From positions 15,922 to 59,138 of the forward strand of contig CAYMZY010000002.1 of the NCBI GenBank assembly GCA_964395165.1: a DNA stretch of 43,217 nt, read 5' to 3'. This document shows, piece after piece, positions 9,798-18,201 of the stretch (positions are counted from its first letter, which is position 1; every line of letters begins with the position of its first letter). A program made the position numbers and the translations under genes. Source of the DNA: an uncultured Bdellovibrionales bacterium. GTDB taxonomy: Bacteria; Patescibacteriota; Minisyncoccia; Moranbacterales; UBA1568. The notes below the pieces were generated by a model. That model was not told where the DNA came from and made no database searches. It saw only the letters and a list, made by a program, of their open reading frames with translations.

Positions 9798-10634
9798 TTA
9801 TTCTTTCGGGTGATAAACAACAAGATCCGCGGTCACCTCGACTTCAAAGGCCTTCATTTCAGGCATCTCCGAAACGATCTCCTCGGGAACCGCCGATGAA
9901 TCGTCTTTCGGGTCCTGCGGGATCAACTCATTCGTCGAAACCATGGAAACGCTGTTTTCCGCGACTGGTACCGGCTGTTCCGATTCCCTTTCCTGAGAAA
10001 AATCCGGATTTTCTTTCCGGAGAGCCTCGATTGAAATGATATCCAAAACGATGGGCAAGGTCTCCACCTTATGCAGGTACTTGACGATCTTCTCCGTCTC
10101 CCCGGTCACATGCAGACCGAGATACGTATACGAGGTGCTCGGCAGACCTTCGATGATACTCAATTCTTTTTTTTCTTTCTTATCACTCGACCCCTCGGCC
10201 GCATCACTCCCCTCTTCTTCCTTTCCATCGCTTTTCACCGGTTTTGCGACCGTTGCTTTCGGCTTCTTGGAAGGCTTTGGAGCTTCTCGGGCTTCAAGAA
10301 TGACAGTGACACCGCCTTCTTCGGCAAGAAACTCGAGCCGCCTTATGAATTCGATCATATCGTCACGGTTCGTGAAGGTATCCAACCACTTCTCGTCACT
10401 CACGATGCGCTCATACTGCGAATCATACTCTTCAAGCCGACTTAGCTGATGATTCCTATTCTCACGTATCGCGAGCATTCTCTGGATGTCATCCCGGTCC
10501 GATCGGATGACATCCATCATCCTCCGTATGCCGAACCAGTACGTCAAACCTATGGCAATGAATATGCCGATAAATAGGATGAGTCCGTACTTCTTTTTGA
10601 AAAATCCGTTCATAGGCGAGTATCGTGGAGGCAA
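9798..10634 (-). CDS. PilO-like type IV pilus assembly protein with a charged low-complexity insert
   Basis: It sits directly after pilM and pilN. It has an N-terminal TM helix (LILFIGIFIAIGLTYWF) followed by a coiled coil. An alternative start at 10613 (MNGFFKKK) abuts the pilN stop. The family call rests on position and topology only. Confidence 0.55.
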   Translation of the reverse strand: MPPRYSPMNGFFKKKYGLILFIGIFIAIGLTYWFGIRRMMDVIRSDRDDIQRMLAIRENRNHQLSRLEEYDSQYERIVSDEKWLDTFTNRDDMIEFIRRLEFLAEEGGVTVILEAREAPKPSKKPKATVAKPVKSDGKEEEGSDAAEGSSDKKEKKELSIIEGLPSTSYTYLGLHVTGETEKIVKYLHKVETLPIVLDIISIEALRKENPDFSQERESEQPVPVAENSVSMVSTNELIPQDPKDDSSAVPEEIVSEMPEMKAFEVEVTADLVVYHPKE

Positions 10635-11173
10635 GATTCCTTTATGGTGATATCGAACTGGAAACTAATATCCTTCTGGGACAAGAGATTCGCAAGAGGG
10701 AGATTTACCATTGAAAAACATTCGTCGCTTTTCAAGGCCTCATCAAAAACAATCAAGTCATCCCGGGTCTTGGCTGATCCGGACAGAAAAAGCTTGAGGT
10801 CTTTTGTCGCCACACGCTCCAGAGTAATCGCATCGCTCATATGATGATCGAGAAGTAGAAATATGTTCGTAAAAAAGAAATGGTCCTTGTTAATCATTGC
10901 CGTCGACCGGATACGCTCATTCGCAATACGAAACTTTTCCTCGTACAGCTTCAGTTTCTTCTCCTCATCCTGGAAACGATTGAAATCCTGCCCAAGCATC
11001 TCCTGGTGTTTCCGTTCGAAATCAAGCAAAGTGGATACCATGATCAGGAACCCAAGAAAAAAGACTTCCAGGGAGAACAGAAGGAATATCTGCCACACGA
11101 AAAAACGGAAGCGCATCCGCTGTTCAGCGACTTGCTTTTTTTCATCCGGCAACAAATTAAGCAATATTTTCAT
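10610..11173 (-). CDS. pilN: PilN-like type IV pilus assembly protein
   Basis: 187-aa ORF with N-terminal LNLLPDEKK (the PilN INLLP signature) followed by a TM helix. It overlaps the pilM stop. Confidence 0.72.
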   Translation of the reverse strand: MKILLNLLPDEKKQVAEQRMRFRFFVWQIFLLFSLEVFFLGFLIMVSTLLDFERKHQEMLGQDFNRFQDEEKKLKLYEEKFRIANERIRSTAMINKDHFFFTNIFLLLDHHMSDAITLERVATKDLKLFLSGSAKTRDDLIVFDEALKSDECFSMVNLPLANLLSQKDISFQFDITIKESCLHDTRL

Positions 11174-12251
11174 ATTCGTCTATGCCACGAAGTGAAAGTC
11201 CGATCGCCGTCGAATACTGCACGGAGTGGTTCCGATCGATCGGAGGAAGCCTGCTTCCCAGATGCACATTGACCCAGGGATTCCCGAAAATGACATCCCG
11301 CCCGAGCCGCCGGGACAGGTACGGAAGCAGACCCTTCATATTCGATCCTCCGCCGCACAATACGACCGTATCGATATCCGTGGAATAACGGAGATTCTCT
11401 CGGTAAAAACCGATCGATTTCTCGATTTCGGAAGAGATGTTCTCGAGCACGGGCAATGCCGCCTCGAATACCGGACCATGCAATGCGAGCGAACCGAGAC
11501 CCTGCTTAATCTTAATATCTTCCGCTTCCTGGAAAGAGATACGGAGATACTTCGCGATGGAGTCGGTGATCATCTGTGATGACAAAGGAACGCTCGAGGT
11601 GAAACAAGGGATATTGCCAACCGAAACGAGGAGACTCGTACGCCGATCACCGATATCGACCGTGAGCGTCGTTTTCTTTTCATCGGCTTCAGACAAAAGA
11701 CTCCGCGCCTGTGCGATGGACTCGGTTTCGAGTCCTACAACATCGAGACCGGCCGCCTCGAGCGCCCCAACGAACTGGTCGACAACCACCCTTGCCACCG
11801 CGACGAACAGGATGTTCATCTTTCCTTTCTCGGTCGGCAACGTCTCGCCAAGCACTTGCCAATCGTAGTAGACCTGATCGAGCGTGAGCGGAATATTAGC
11901 CTCGATTTCCCAACGAATGGCCTCGCTCACCTCTTTTTCTTCCATCAGAGGCAAGGAAATCACGCGAAGGAAAGCCTTGGTCTCGGGTAGTGAGCAAACG
12001 ACCCGTCGCGTATGCATCTTCTTCATCGCCGGTTCTTCCATAAGGCGACGTATCACGTCGACCACGACCTCCGGCTTAAGAATCTCACCGTCGATGACGC
12101 TTCCGATGGGCAATGCTGCCGATGCGAAACCGTTCACCTTATGAACCGATCCCTCTCTTTCCATGCGAAGTACCTTAATGGAGAGGTCCGAAAGATCCAA
12201 TCCGAACGAGCTCGGAAAGACATCGAAGATTTTTTTTTGCAAGAATGACAT
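11157..12251 (-). CDS. pilM: PilM, actin-like ATPase-fold type IV pilus assembly protein
   Basis: 364-aa ORF with an FGLDLSDLSIKVL phosphate-1-like motif and a C-terminal VLCGGGSNMKGLLPYLSRRLG. Confidence 0.85.
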   Translation of the reverse strand: MSFLQKKIFDVFPSSFGLDLSDLSIKVLRMEREGSVHKVNGFASAALPIGSVIDGEILKPEVVVDVIRRLMEEPAMKKMHTRRVVCSLPETKAFLRVISLPLMEEKEVSEAIRWEIEANIPLTLDQVYYDWQVLGETLPTEKGKMNILFVAVARVVVDQFVGALEAAGLDVVGLETESIAQARSLLSEADEKKTTLTVDIGDRRTSLLVSVGNIPCFTSSVPLSSQMITDSIAKYLRISFQEAEDIKIKQGLGSLALHGPVFEAALPVLENISSEIEKSIGFYRENLRYSTDIDTVVLCGGGSNMKGLLPYLSRRLGRDVIFGNPWVNVHLGSRLPPIDRNHSVQYSTAIGLSLRGIDEYENIA

Positions 12252-12310
12252 GTCTCGTTTTTTTTTGTTTTTTCACTCACCCCTCATCATACCATACGCA
12301 AAACATCCCC

Positions 12311-13786
12311 CTAAAGCTCTTCCCATAGATCGATCAGGTAGTTCTTTCCGGTCGGAAAATATGGCGGGGGGCAATAGAGAAGATTGTTGTCGTAATAGAG
12401 GTTCCGATTCCGATACCCGGACACATGATTTCCGAACGTATCCGCCCACGCGAAACCGTACCGCCGATTACTAACGATAGCCCCCGTAACCGTGATCGTA
12501 TCGCGAATCGCGGTCGAACCGGTGTAATTCGCCCGTCCAACCCGACCGGACTGCGCCATCAATGCTGCGTCGATGCGGAGAAAGTCATTACTATCTCGGG
12601 TGATCTCGACATCATTCTGCCCGATAACACCGATGATTTCTGAACAATCGGCATGCGCATAACGGATATCATGACTGATATACATCGTCTTCAAGGACGA
12701 AGAAATGAGATTGGCTGCTACGACGGTTATTTTTTTGCTATTAATCGTCCCCTCGAGCCAGACATTGTTCTCAACAAAGAGCACGCCGTTATCAATGATC
12801 GGATAGTTCTTCACGCATTGTCCGGAGCACGTCGTGCAAGTACTGCTTCCAGTATTCCTCTTATAGTTGATGATTTCGTTGGTGGACGCATTGAATGACT
12901 GCACAGTACAGATGTCATAAGTTCCGTCCGACTTGAGGATGATGTTCCTCCCCTGACTGGAGTTATCGAAATACTTTCCTCTCCCCGCCTGCGCCTCCGA
13001 TTTCATCAATGACAGATCCCCGAGGATACCTGTAAAATCGACGGTCGCGACCGGAAATTGCCTCCCGGCCTCAAAAATATCCGGCCGGTTCGGCACTGAG
13101 CTTGGCGGAGCTTCCGCCGGTCGGAAGGCATTATTGCTTCCTGTTGCAGGAGGAACATTCACATGAGTATGCACGCCGAACTCATCACCACCGGTATGAT
13201 CCGGGTCATTGTACTTATTGAGTGAGCTAGATACAAGATTGTGCGCCAATCCGTCGAAACGGATCCCCGAATTCGAGTGGATCTTCCCATATACTTCCGT
13301 TCCTGATCCGAAATTCATAAAGTCATTCGCCACAACGGCGCTTTCGCTCCATGACGGCCGACGGAGACGGACCTTGATACTCCTCGAAAGAGACGGGTTC
13401 GAAGTTGTGTGACCGATCGAGGTCACATATACGATAGTCGACCCCGTCGCCGGCGGTACAACCGTAACTGAATACTGACCGTTGCCATAATCCGCCACAT
13501 AGGCCGATGCCTGTCCAAGTGCTGTTCCGGACGACCAAAACGCTTGTACCTGACTTGCCGTCCGTCCATCCAGCTGATGAGCCAGATACCACTTATAAAA
13601 ATGCACCCCTCCTTCAGCGATCTGCAAGGCCTGTTCCCGATCATGCTGCTTCATGCTGTACTGAAGTTGGGAAACGACGAACAAGATGATCGACATGAGG
13701 AGAATCAGACATGTTGCCATGATGACCAAGACATAGGCCAATACCGATCCTTTTCTGACTTTCGGAAACAGCGATTCAGCTCCCAT
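12311..13786 (-). CDS. Large PilX_N-type pilus-associated protein (minor-pilin-like, no prepilin cleavage motif seen)
   Basis: ORF 12311..13813 opens on TTG. The ATG is at 13784-13786. An N-terminal hydrophobic helix is followed by QALQIAEGGV (PilX N-terminal signature), then a large Gly/Ser/Thr/Asn-rich extracellular region. Confidence 0.55.
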   Translation of the reverse strand: MGAESLFPKVRKGSVLAYVLVIMATCLILLMSIILFVVSQLQYSMKQHDREQALQIAEGGVHFYKWYLAHQLDGRTASQVQAFWSSGTALGQASAYVADYGNGQYSVTVVPPATGSTIVYVTSIGHTTSNPSLSRSIKVRLRRPSWSESAVVANDFMNFGSGTEVYGKIHSNSGIRFDGLAHNLVSSSLNKYNDPDHTGGDEFGVHTHVNVPPATGSNNAFRPAEAPPSSVPNRPDIFEAGRQFPVATVDFTGILGDLSLMKSEAQAGRGKYFDNSSQGRNIILKSDGTYDICTVQSFNASTNEIINYKRNTGSSTCTTCSGQCVKNYPIIDNGVLFVENNVWLEGTINSKKITVVAANLISSSLKTMYISHDIRYAHADCSEIIGVIGQNDVEITRDSNDFLRIDAALMAQSGRVGRANYTGSTAIRDTITVTGAIVSNRRYGFAWADTFGNHVSGYRNRNLYYDNNLLYCPPPYFPTGKNYLIDLWEEL

Positions 13787-14417
13787 AGTTATTGAGGTTA
13801 CGAAGTTCTGCAAAGGATTCTACGTTGATATTGTCCGGCGCGTGTACCGGATCGATATTCACCAACAAATGGACCTTTATCAGGCGGACATTCTCAACTG
13901 CTATCGGAGTGGCAAGCGGATTATTGATGGTATCGCTCGGGTAGTTCTTATTATAGTAGAAGAACACCGGATCCGATGAGGTATTCGAAATATACTGTGC
14001 CAGCAGAAGAGTCGTCTGATCCCCGCTCGGATACGTGATGGGAACTGTCGCATTCGGCTTCGTCACTCCTCGGAAGACAGATCCGTTGGAAAGGTAGTAA
14101 TGAACCCGTTCGGTCACACCGTCCCCGTCAATATCGATGTATACCTTCAGATCGCTGTCCCCGCCCGATTCAATCGGGTAATCACCATTATCTGCCTGCC
14201 GAGCCCGGCGAATGTCCCTGACAATGACCTCGACCGTCCTCGACGCTATAAGAGAGGCATTTCCGGTTTCGAGGACGAATTTGTTCATTTTCCAACTATT
14301 CAGAAAAAGAAGGGTTATGCCTTCCAAACCGATAAGCAGGATAAAAATCGCCATAAGCATCTCGATCAAAGACATGCCGCGTAACGATTTCCGTTTCATT
14401 TTTTTTCGAAACAACAT
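13776..14417 (-). CDS. Prepilin-type N-terminal cleavage/methylation domain protein (pseudopilin/minor pilin)
   Basis: 213-aa ORF whose leader MKRKSLRG|MSLIEMLMAIFILLIG matches the class III signal (G, then a hydrophobic residue, with E at +5). Confidence 0.8.
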   Translation of the reverse strand: MLFRKKMKRKSLRGMSLIEMLMAIFILLIGLEGITLLFLNSWKMNKFVLETGNASLIASRTVEVIVRDIRRARQADNGDYPIESGGDSDLKVYIDIDGDGVTERVHYYLSNGSVFRGVTKPNATVPITYPSGDQTTLLLAQYISNTSSDPVFFYYNKNYPSDTINNPLATPIAVENVRLIKVHLLVNIDPVHAPDNINVESFAELRNLNNYGS

Positions 14418-14443
14418 AGGGGGGATTCTAGACGATCAACCGA

Positions 14444-15823
14444 TTAGGGAGCCAATAAAATATCTTTTTTTTCCAGGACAGACCCCATAACCGGAAACGT
14501 ATCCGTTGCCGATGTGAAACCGGACGCGCTCACGTCGACATCGTAAGTCCCCGCAACAAGAGGCGTCGAATCCACCGGAAAGTACGCCTGCCCATACATA
14601 TCTGTCGCAAGCGTCACATCGAAGCCAAGACTGATACTATGAAGTCTCACGGAAGCACCCGCGATAGGAGTTTCATCGGTAGAACTCTTGACCGTCACCA
14701 GAGCCGAACGAAAATTTTTCTGTGCCAGAACATACTTCACCGTTTTCGAATCGCCGGCGGTGAGATTGATGCTGTTCTGAGTCGTTTCCTCCGGATCCAG
14801 CCGGAGAAACTCATACTGCGCCTCAGCACTTGGACCGAGCGTAAGCGTATAAGCTCCCGAACTCCGGTCCGAAAATTCTTTTTCACCATCCGAATCGGTC
14901 ATCGTCGTTTGAGTGAAATCATAGACCGGAGCGCTCGTTCCAGCATCCACACCAACGACTAATCCGCCGCTGATGGTAAAATCGATATCCGACAAATCCA
15001 CACCAAAAGGATCTTCGGCCTGAATATTAAGAGACGCAGTACGATCAGTGATCAGAGTCGACGCTGTCAGACTTCCCGCCACCACCGAGGCATGCACATT
15101 CGTCGGCTTGAATACCGAGGTTGGATACGGGCTATACGTGATATTCCCATAATAACCGCTCTTGCTCACTGTAATATGGTATCCCTGCACCGAGGCAGGG
15201 GCACCCGGAAACATCAGATTCCCATTCGTATCAGTCGCAGCGGTAACGTTGATGTTCGGAGTCACGCTCGTATTCGTGATGTGCACCGAGGCGTTTGCGA
15301 CTCCTACCCCCGCATTGTTCAGCACGTTCACCGAAAGGATACCCGTTCCGGCCGCTACCGACTCTACTCCATCCAAAGAAAATATTGAGGTCATATCCAC
15401 TTTTTCCGAATCACTCGCGGATCCCCATGAAACGGTGACGGTCGCCCGCTTGTAGTCATTCGGCGCGATATCGGTTCCTGCAACAAGCGTTCCGTCCGTC
15501 GGATCATCAACGAACTGCACTACCGTATGCACATCGTACACCGTATTGTTCGCATTGAGAGTCTGGTCCTGCGCAAGCGTACCGGAAGGTATGCCGGAAA
15601 CCGTTCCGATATCATCAAAAATGAGACTCCGGATAATCTCCATCTGCTGATTAGCGAGAGCGCTCGCTCCGAGACGATACTTCGCGTTCGCGATATGCTT
15701 CGTCCCGAGACTCCAGGTCTCATAAAATGTCAAGGTAATCAAGGAAACGACAAACAGAACAACTATCGCCTCGATCAGGGTGAATCCTGATGTCCGTCTC
15801 CGCTGATTCCGATTCTTTTTCAT
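14444..15823 (-). CDS. Outsized (459 aa) prepilin-type protein with two carboxypeptidase-regulatory-like beta-sandwich repeats
   Basis: Leader MKKNRNQRRRTSG|FTLIEAIVVLFVV, with a GGAGGG SD upstream. Two segments look CarboxypepD_reg-like: VHITN...ATDTNGNLMFPG...GYHITVSKSGYY and VRLHS...ATDMYGQAYFPV...GTYDVDVSASGF. Confidence 0.78.
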   Translation of the reverse strand: MKKNRNQRRRTSGFTLIEAIVVLFVVSLITLTFYETWSLGTKHIANAKYRLGASALANQQMEIIRSLIFDDIGTVSGIPSGTLAQDQTLNANNTVYDVHTVVQFVDDPTDGTLVAGTDIAPNDYKRATVTVSWGSASDSEKVDMTSIFSLDGVESVAAGTGILSVNVLNNAGVGVANASVHITNTSVTPNINVTAATDTNGNLMFPGAPASVQGYHITVSKSGYYGNITYSPYPTSVFKPTNVHASVVAGSLTASTLITDRTASLNIQAEDPFGVDLSDIDFTISGGLVVGVDAGTSAPVYDFTQTTMTDSDGEKEFSDRSSGAYTLTLGPSAEAQYEFLRLDPEETTQNSINLTAGDSKTVKYVLAQKNFRSALVTVKSSTDETPIAGASVRLHSISLGFDVTLATDMYGQAYFPVDSTPLVAGTYDVDVSASGFTSATDTFPVMGSVLEKKDILLAP

Positions 15824-15844
15824 ACGGCTACCCTCCGGAAATGA

Positions 15845-17065
15845 TTATTTGATATTCTCCATGACGCTGTACATCGGGGTCAGCATCGCTACTGCGAAAA
15901 ACCCGACCCCGCCACCAATGAGGAGCATCAGCACCGGCTCGATAATCGACGACATGTTTTTCGTGATCTGTGAGACCTCTTCCTCGTAGAACTCGGCCAG
16001 CTTTCTCAGAACCATTTCCGTTTTCCCGGTCTCCTCGCCGACCTGGATGATTTGAGGCACCAGTATCGGGAAGATACGGGGATACCTCAAAATCACCGTG
16101 CTCAGATCGATACCCTTCTGAATTTCCGCGATGGCCTCATCCAAAGCATCCCGGTAGTACGAGTTGGACAAGGTCTTTTTGACAATCGTCAGAGAATCGA
16201 GCACGGAAACGCCACTTTTCAGGAGCGAACTATAGATACGCGAAAACCGGGCAGAATTCACCTTGATAATGATGTTTCCGACGATGGGGAGCCGGAGAAA
16301 AAACCAATCGAAGAACCGTTTGCCGACCGATGTCGAAGCAAACAGCCGCACTCCGATAATACCCCCGAAAAAAATGGCTGCACTGGCGACCGCATGTCCA
16401 CGCATGAAATCACTCACCGCCATAATAAAACGTGTCGAAGCCGGAAGGGTGACGTTCATATCCTTGAAAACGCCGGTTATCCGCGGCAGGATATATGTCA
16501 GCATAAAAATACCGATGCCGATCATCGCGACGACGATCACCAATGGATAGATCATCGCCCCACGCACCTTCGAAAGAAGATCATTCTCCTTCTCAAGCTG
16601 CAGTGCCAGAATTTCCAGTATTTCCTCGAGATTCCCGGATATCTCTCCGACGTATACCATGCTCGTAAAAAGCTCATTGAACACTTTCGGGTATTTCCCG
16701 AGACCTTCAGATAAAGTCTTTCCGGCCTGCACCTCTTCATAGACATCGAGCAGTATCTTTCGAAAGGCCTCATTTTTCGTCTGAGTAGAGAGGTTCATCA
16801 CCGCCCGGGAAACCGTCAGACCCGATGAAACCATCACCGCGAGATTACGAGTGAATGTCATCTTTTCCTTGAGCGGAACCGAAACGAAACGGTCCAAAAA
16901 ACGCACCTGCACTACCGATGCGGTCTTTGCCTCCTTCATCGAAGTAACCAAGAGGCCGGCGGCATGCAAATCGGACGCGAGCATATGCTCATCCTTGGCT
17001 TCCTGTTCACCGCCAACCGTTTCACCAGTGGAAAGATTTTTCGCTGTGTAGAAAAACTTCGGCAT
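15845..17065 (-). CDS. pilC: Type IV pilus platform protein PilC (GspF family)
   Basis: 406-aa ORF with the typical MPKFFYTAKNLSTGE start and two GspF repeats with TM helices. Confidence 0.9.
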   Translation of the reverse strand: MPKFFYTAKNLSTGETVGGEQEAKDEHMLASDLHAAGLLVTSMKEAKTASVVQVRFLDRFVSVPLKEKMTFTRNLAVMVSSGLTVSRAVMNLSTQTKNEAFRKILLDVYEEVQAGKTLSEGLGKYPKVFNELFTSMVYVGEISGNLEEILEILALQLEKENDLLSKVRGAMIYPLVIVVAMIGIGIFMLTYILPRITGVFKDMNVTLPASTRFIMAVSDFMRGHAVASAAIFFGGIIGVRLFASTSVGKRFFDWFFLRLPIVGNIIIKVNSARFSRIYSSLLKSGVSVLDSLTIVKKTLSNSYYRDALDEAIAEIQKGIDLSTVILRYPRIFPILVPQIIQVGEETGKTEMVLRKLAEFYEEEVSQITKNMSSIIEPVLMLLIGGGVGFFAVAMLTPMYSVMENIK

Positions 17066-17109
17066 ATAGTCTTTTCTCTTGTTGTCTGTTGGTATTTCTT
17101 TTCGCTCTC

Positions 17110-17118
17110 AGTATACCA
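17110..17118 (-). promoter_or_regulatory. Candidate extended -10 element upstream of pilC
   Basis: The minus strand reads TGGTATACT (TGn + TATACT) about 45 nt upstream of the pilC ATG. I found no good -35. Confidence 0.35.
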
Positions 17119-17217
17119 CGAAAATGCAACAGCTCTCCATATCTGCATCCCGATCCTCACATTTAAAACCCCTCAACGACTGGGTTGATTCGTAGAAGAA
17201 AACTCCTAATTACAAAG

Positions 17218-18138
17218 CTAAAGGGAACCTAACCGGTGTTTGAAAGCCTCGTACACGCGGGGACCACGTGGCCTTGGCAAGAAAACAAGAGCTCGATCGC
17301 TCGCCTCGATATAGCTTCCCTCCCAGCGTGTCTTCGGATTCCTTGAGATCTTTCCTCTCTGCCACGCCGCAAGAACGGATTCGATATCACAGAGGTCACA
17401 CCACCGTTCGAAGAAAGAGCGCAGTGAGTACCCATCGTTTTGATCGGAGACAGTCCAGAGCGTCGGGATCTCGGAAAGAGAAAAATTCGGCTTGAAACGA
17501 GCTATCCACCGGTTTCGAAGCTCGAACCTCTGAAAAATGGAATACTGGAACAACGGAATCATGAAACGATACTCATGTGCCGAAAAAAGATCCTGTGTTC
17601 CGATTTCCAAGCTCGTATCGGCGACGTAATAGTTGAGACAGGCCCGGTTCCGGATATGTTTCCCATGCCGCCATTTCCCCGAAAGAAACAGGAGTCCCGT
17701 CAAGATGAATCGACCCGTCCATATCTTACCGGCCCGCAACACGACGAACAGATCCCAATCACTGTCGATATTCCCATACTTCAAAGAAAGGCTCCCGGTA
17801 GCTCCGACGAAACGGACATAGGGTACGTGGCGGATGATACGGGCCAACCGCCTGATCCGTCTCAGCTTGGATACTGAGAGCTTCTCTTTCCGTATCCGTT
17901 CCCGCACAAGGAATTTCCGGCCAGGCAGGAAATAAAAACCGTCCTGCTCCCCTATCGTATTACTCGCGCATTCCCCCCTCAAAGTTGTCATGACTTCGAA
18001 ATACGAAGATGGCCGCGCCTCATTAGTCAACGTGATGAGATGCTTCCAGACTTCGAAAGCCGAAAGCGGAAACTCCAACACATCATAATAGGCGATCGTT
18101 TCAATGACATCTCTCGAAAGACGGTACATAAGAGTCAT
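17218..18138 (-). CDS. Nucleotidyltransferase-fold protein of unknown function
   Basis: 306-aa ORF. GATGSLSLKYGNIDSDWDLFVV fits the pol-beta-like NTase pattern (G[GS], about 10 residues, then D-x-D). Confidence 0.5.
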   Translation of the reverse strand: MTLMYRLSRDVIETIAYYDVLEFPLSAFEVWKHLITLTNEARPSSYFEVMTTLRGECASNTIGEQDGFYFLPGRKFLVRERIRKEKLSVSKLRRIRRLARIIRHVPYVRFVGATGSLSLKYGNIDSDWDLFVVLRAGKIWTGRFILTGLLFLSGKWRHGKHIRNRACLNYYVADTSLEIGTQDLFSAHEYRFMIPLFQYSIFQRFELRNRWIARFKPNFSLSEIPTLWTVSDQNDGYSLRSFFERWCDLCDIESVLAAWQRGKISRNPKTRWEGSYIEASDRALVFLPRPRGPRVYEAFKHRLGSL

Positions 18139-18201
18139 CCATAAGAATCAAGAGTGTCTGCCCCCCCGTACGACAGAGGCACGAATCCGGGAAAAAGTTT
18201 C

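Noticed and set aside
12311-15823. Diversity-generating retroelement target (variable repeat) in the large pilin-like proteins
   Set aside because: The window has no reverse transcriptase gene, no template/variable repeat pair that I could find, and no C-type-lectin-like C-terminal signature.
16052-16714. 220-aa plus-strand ORF opposite pilC
   Set aside because: It is antisense to a canonical GspF-family gene. The translation is His/Arg/Asp-rich with no membrane or domain features.
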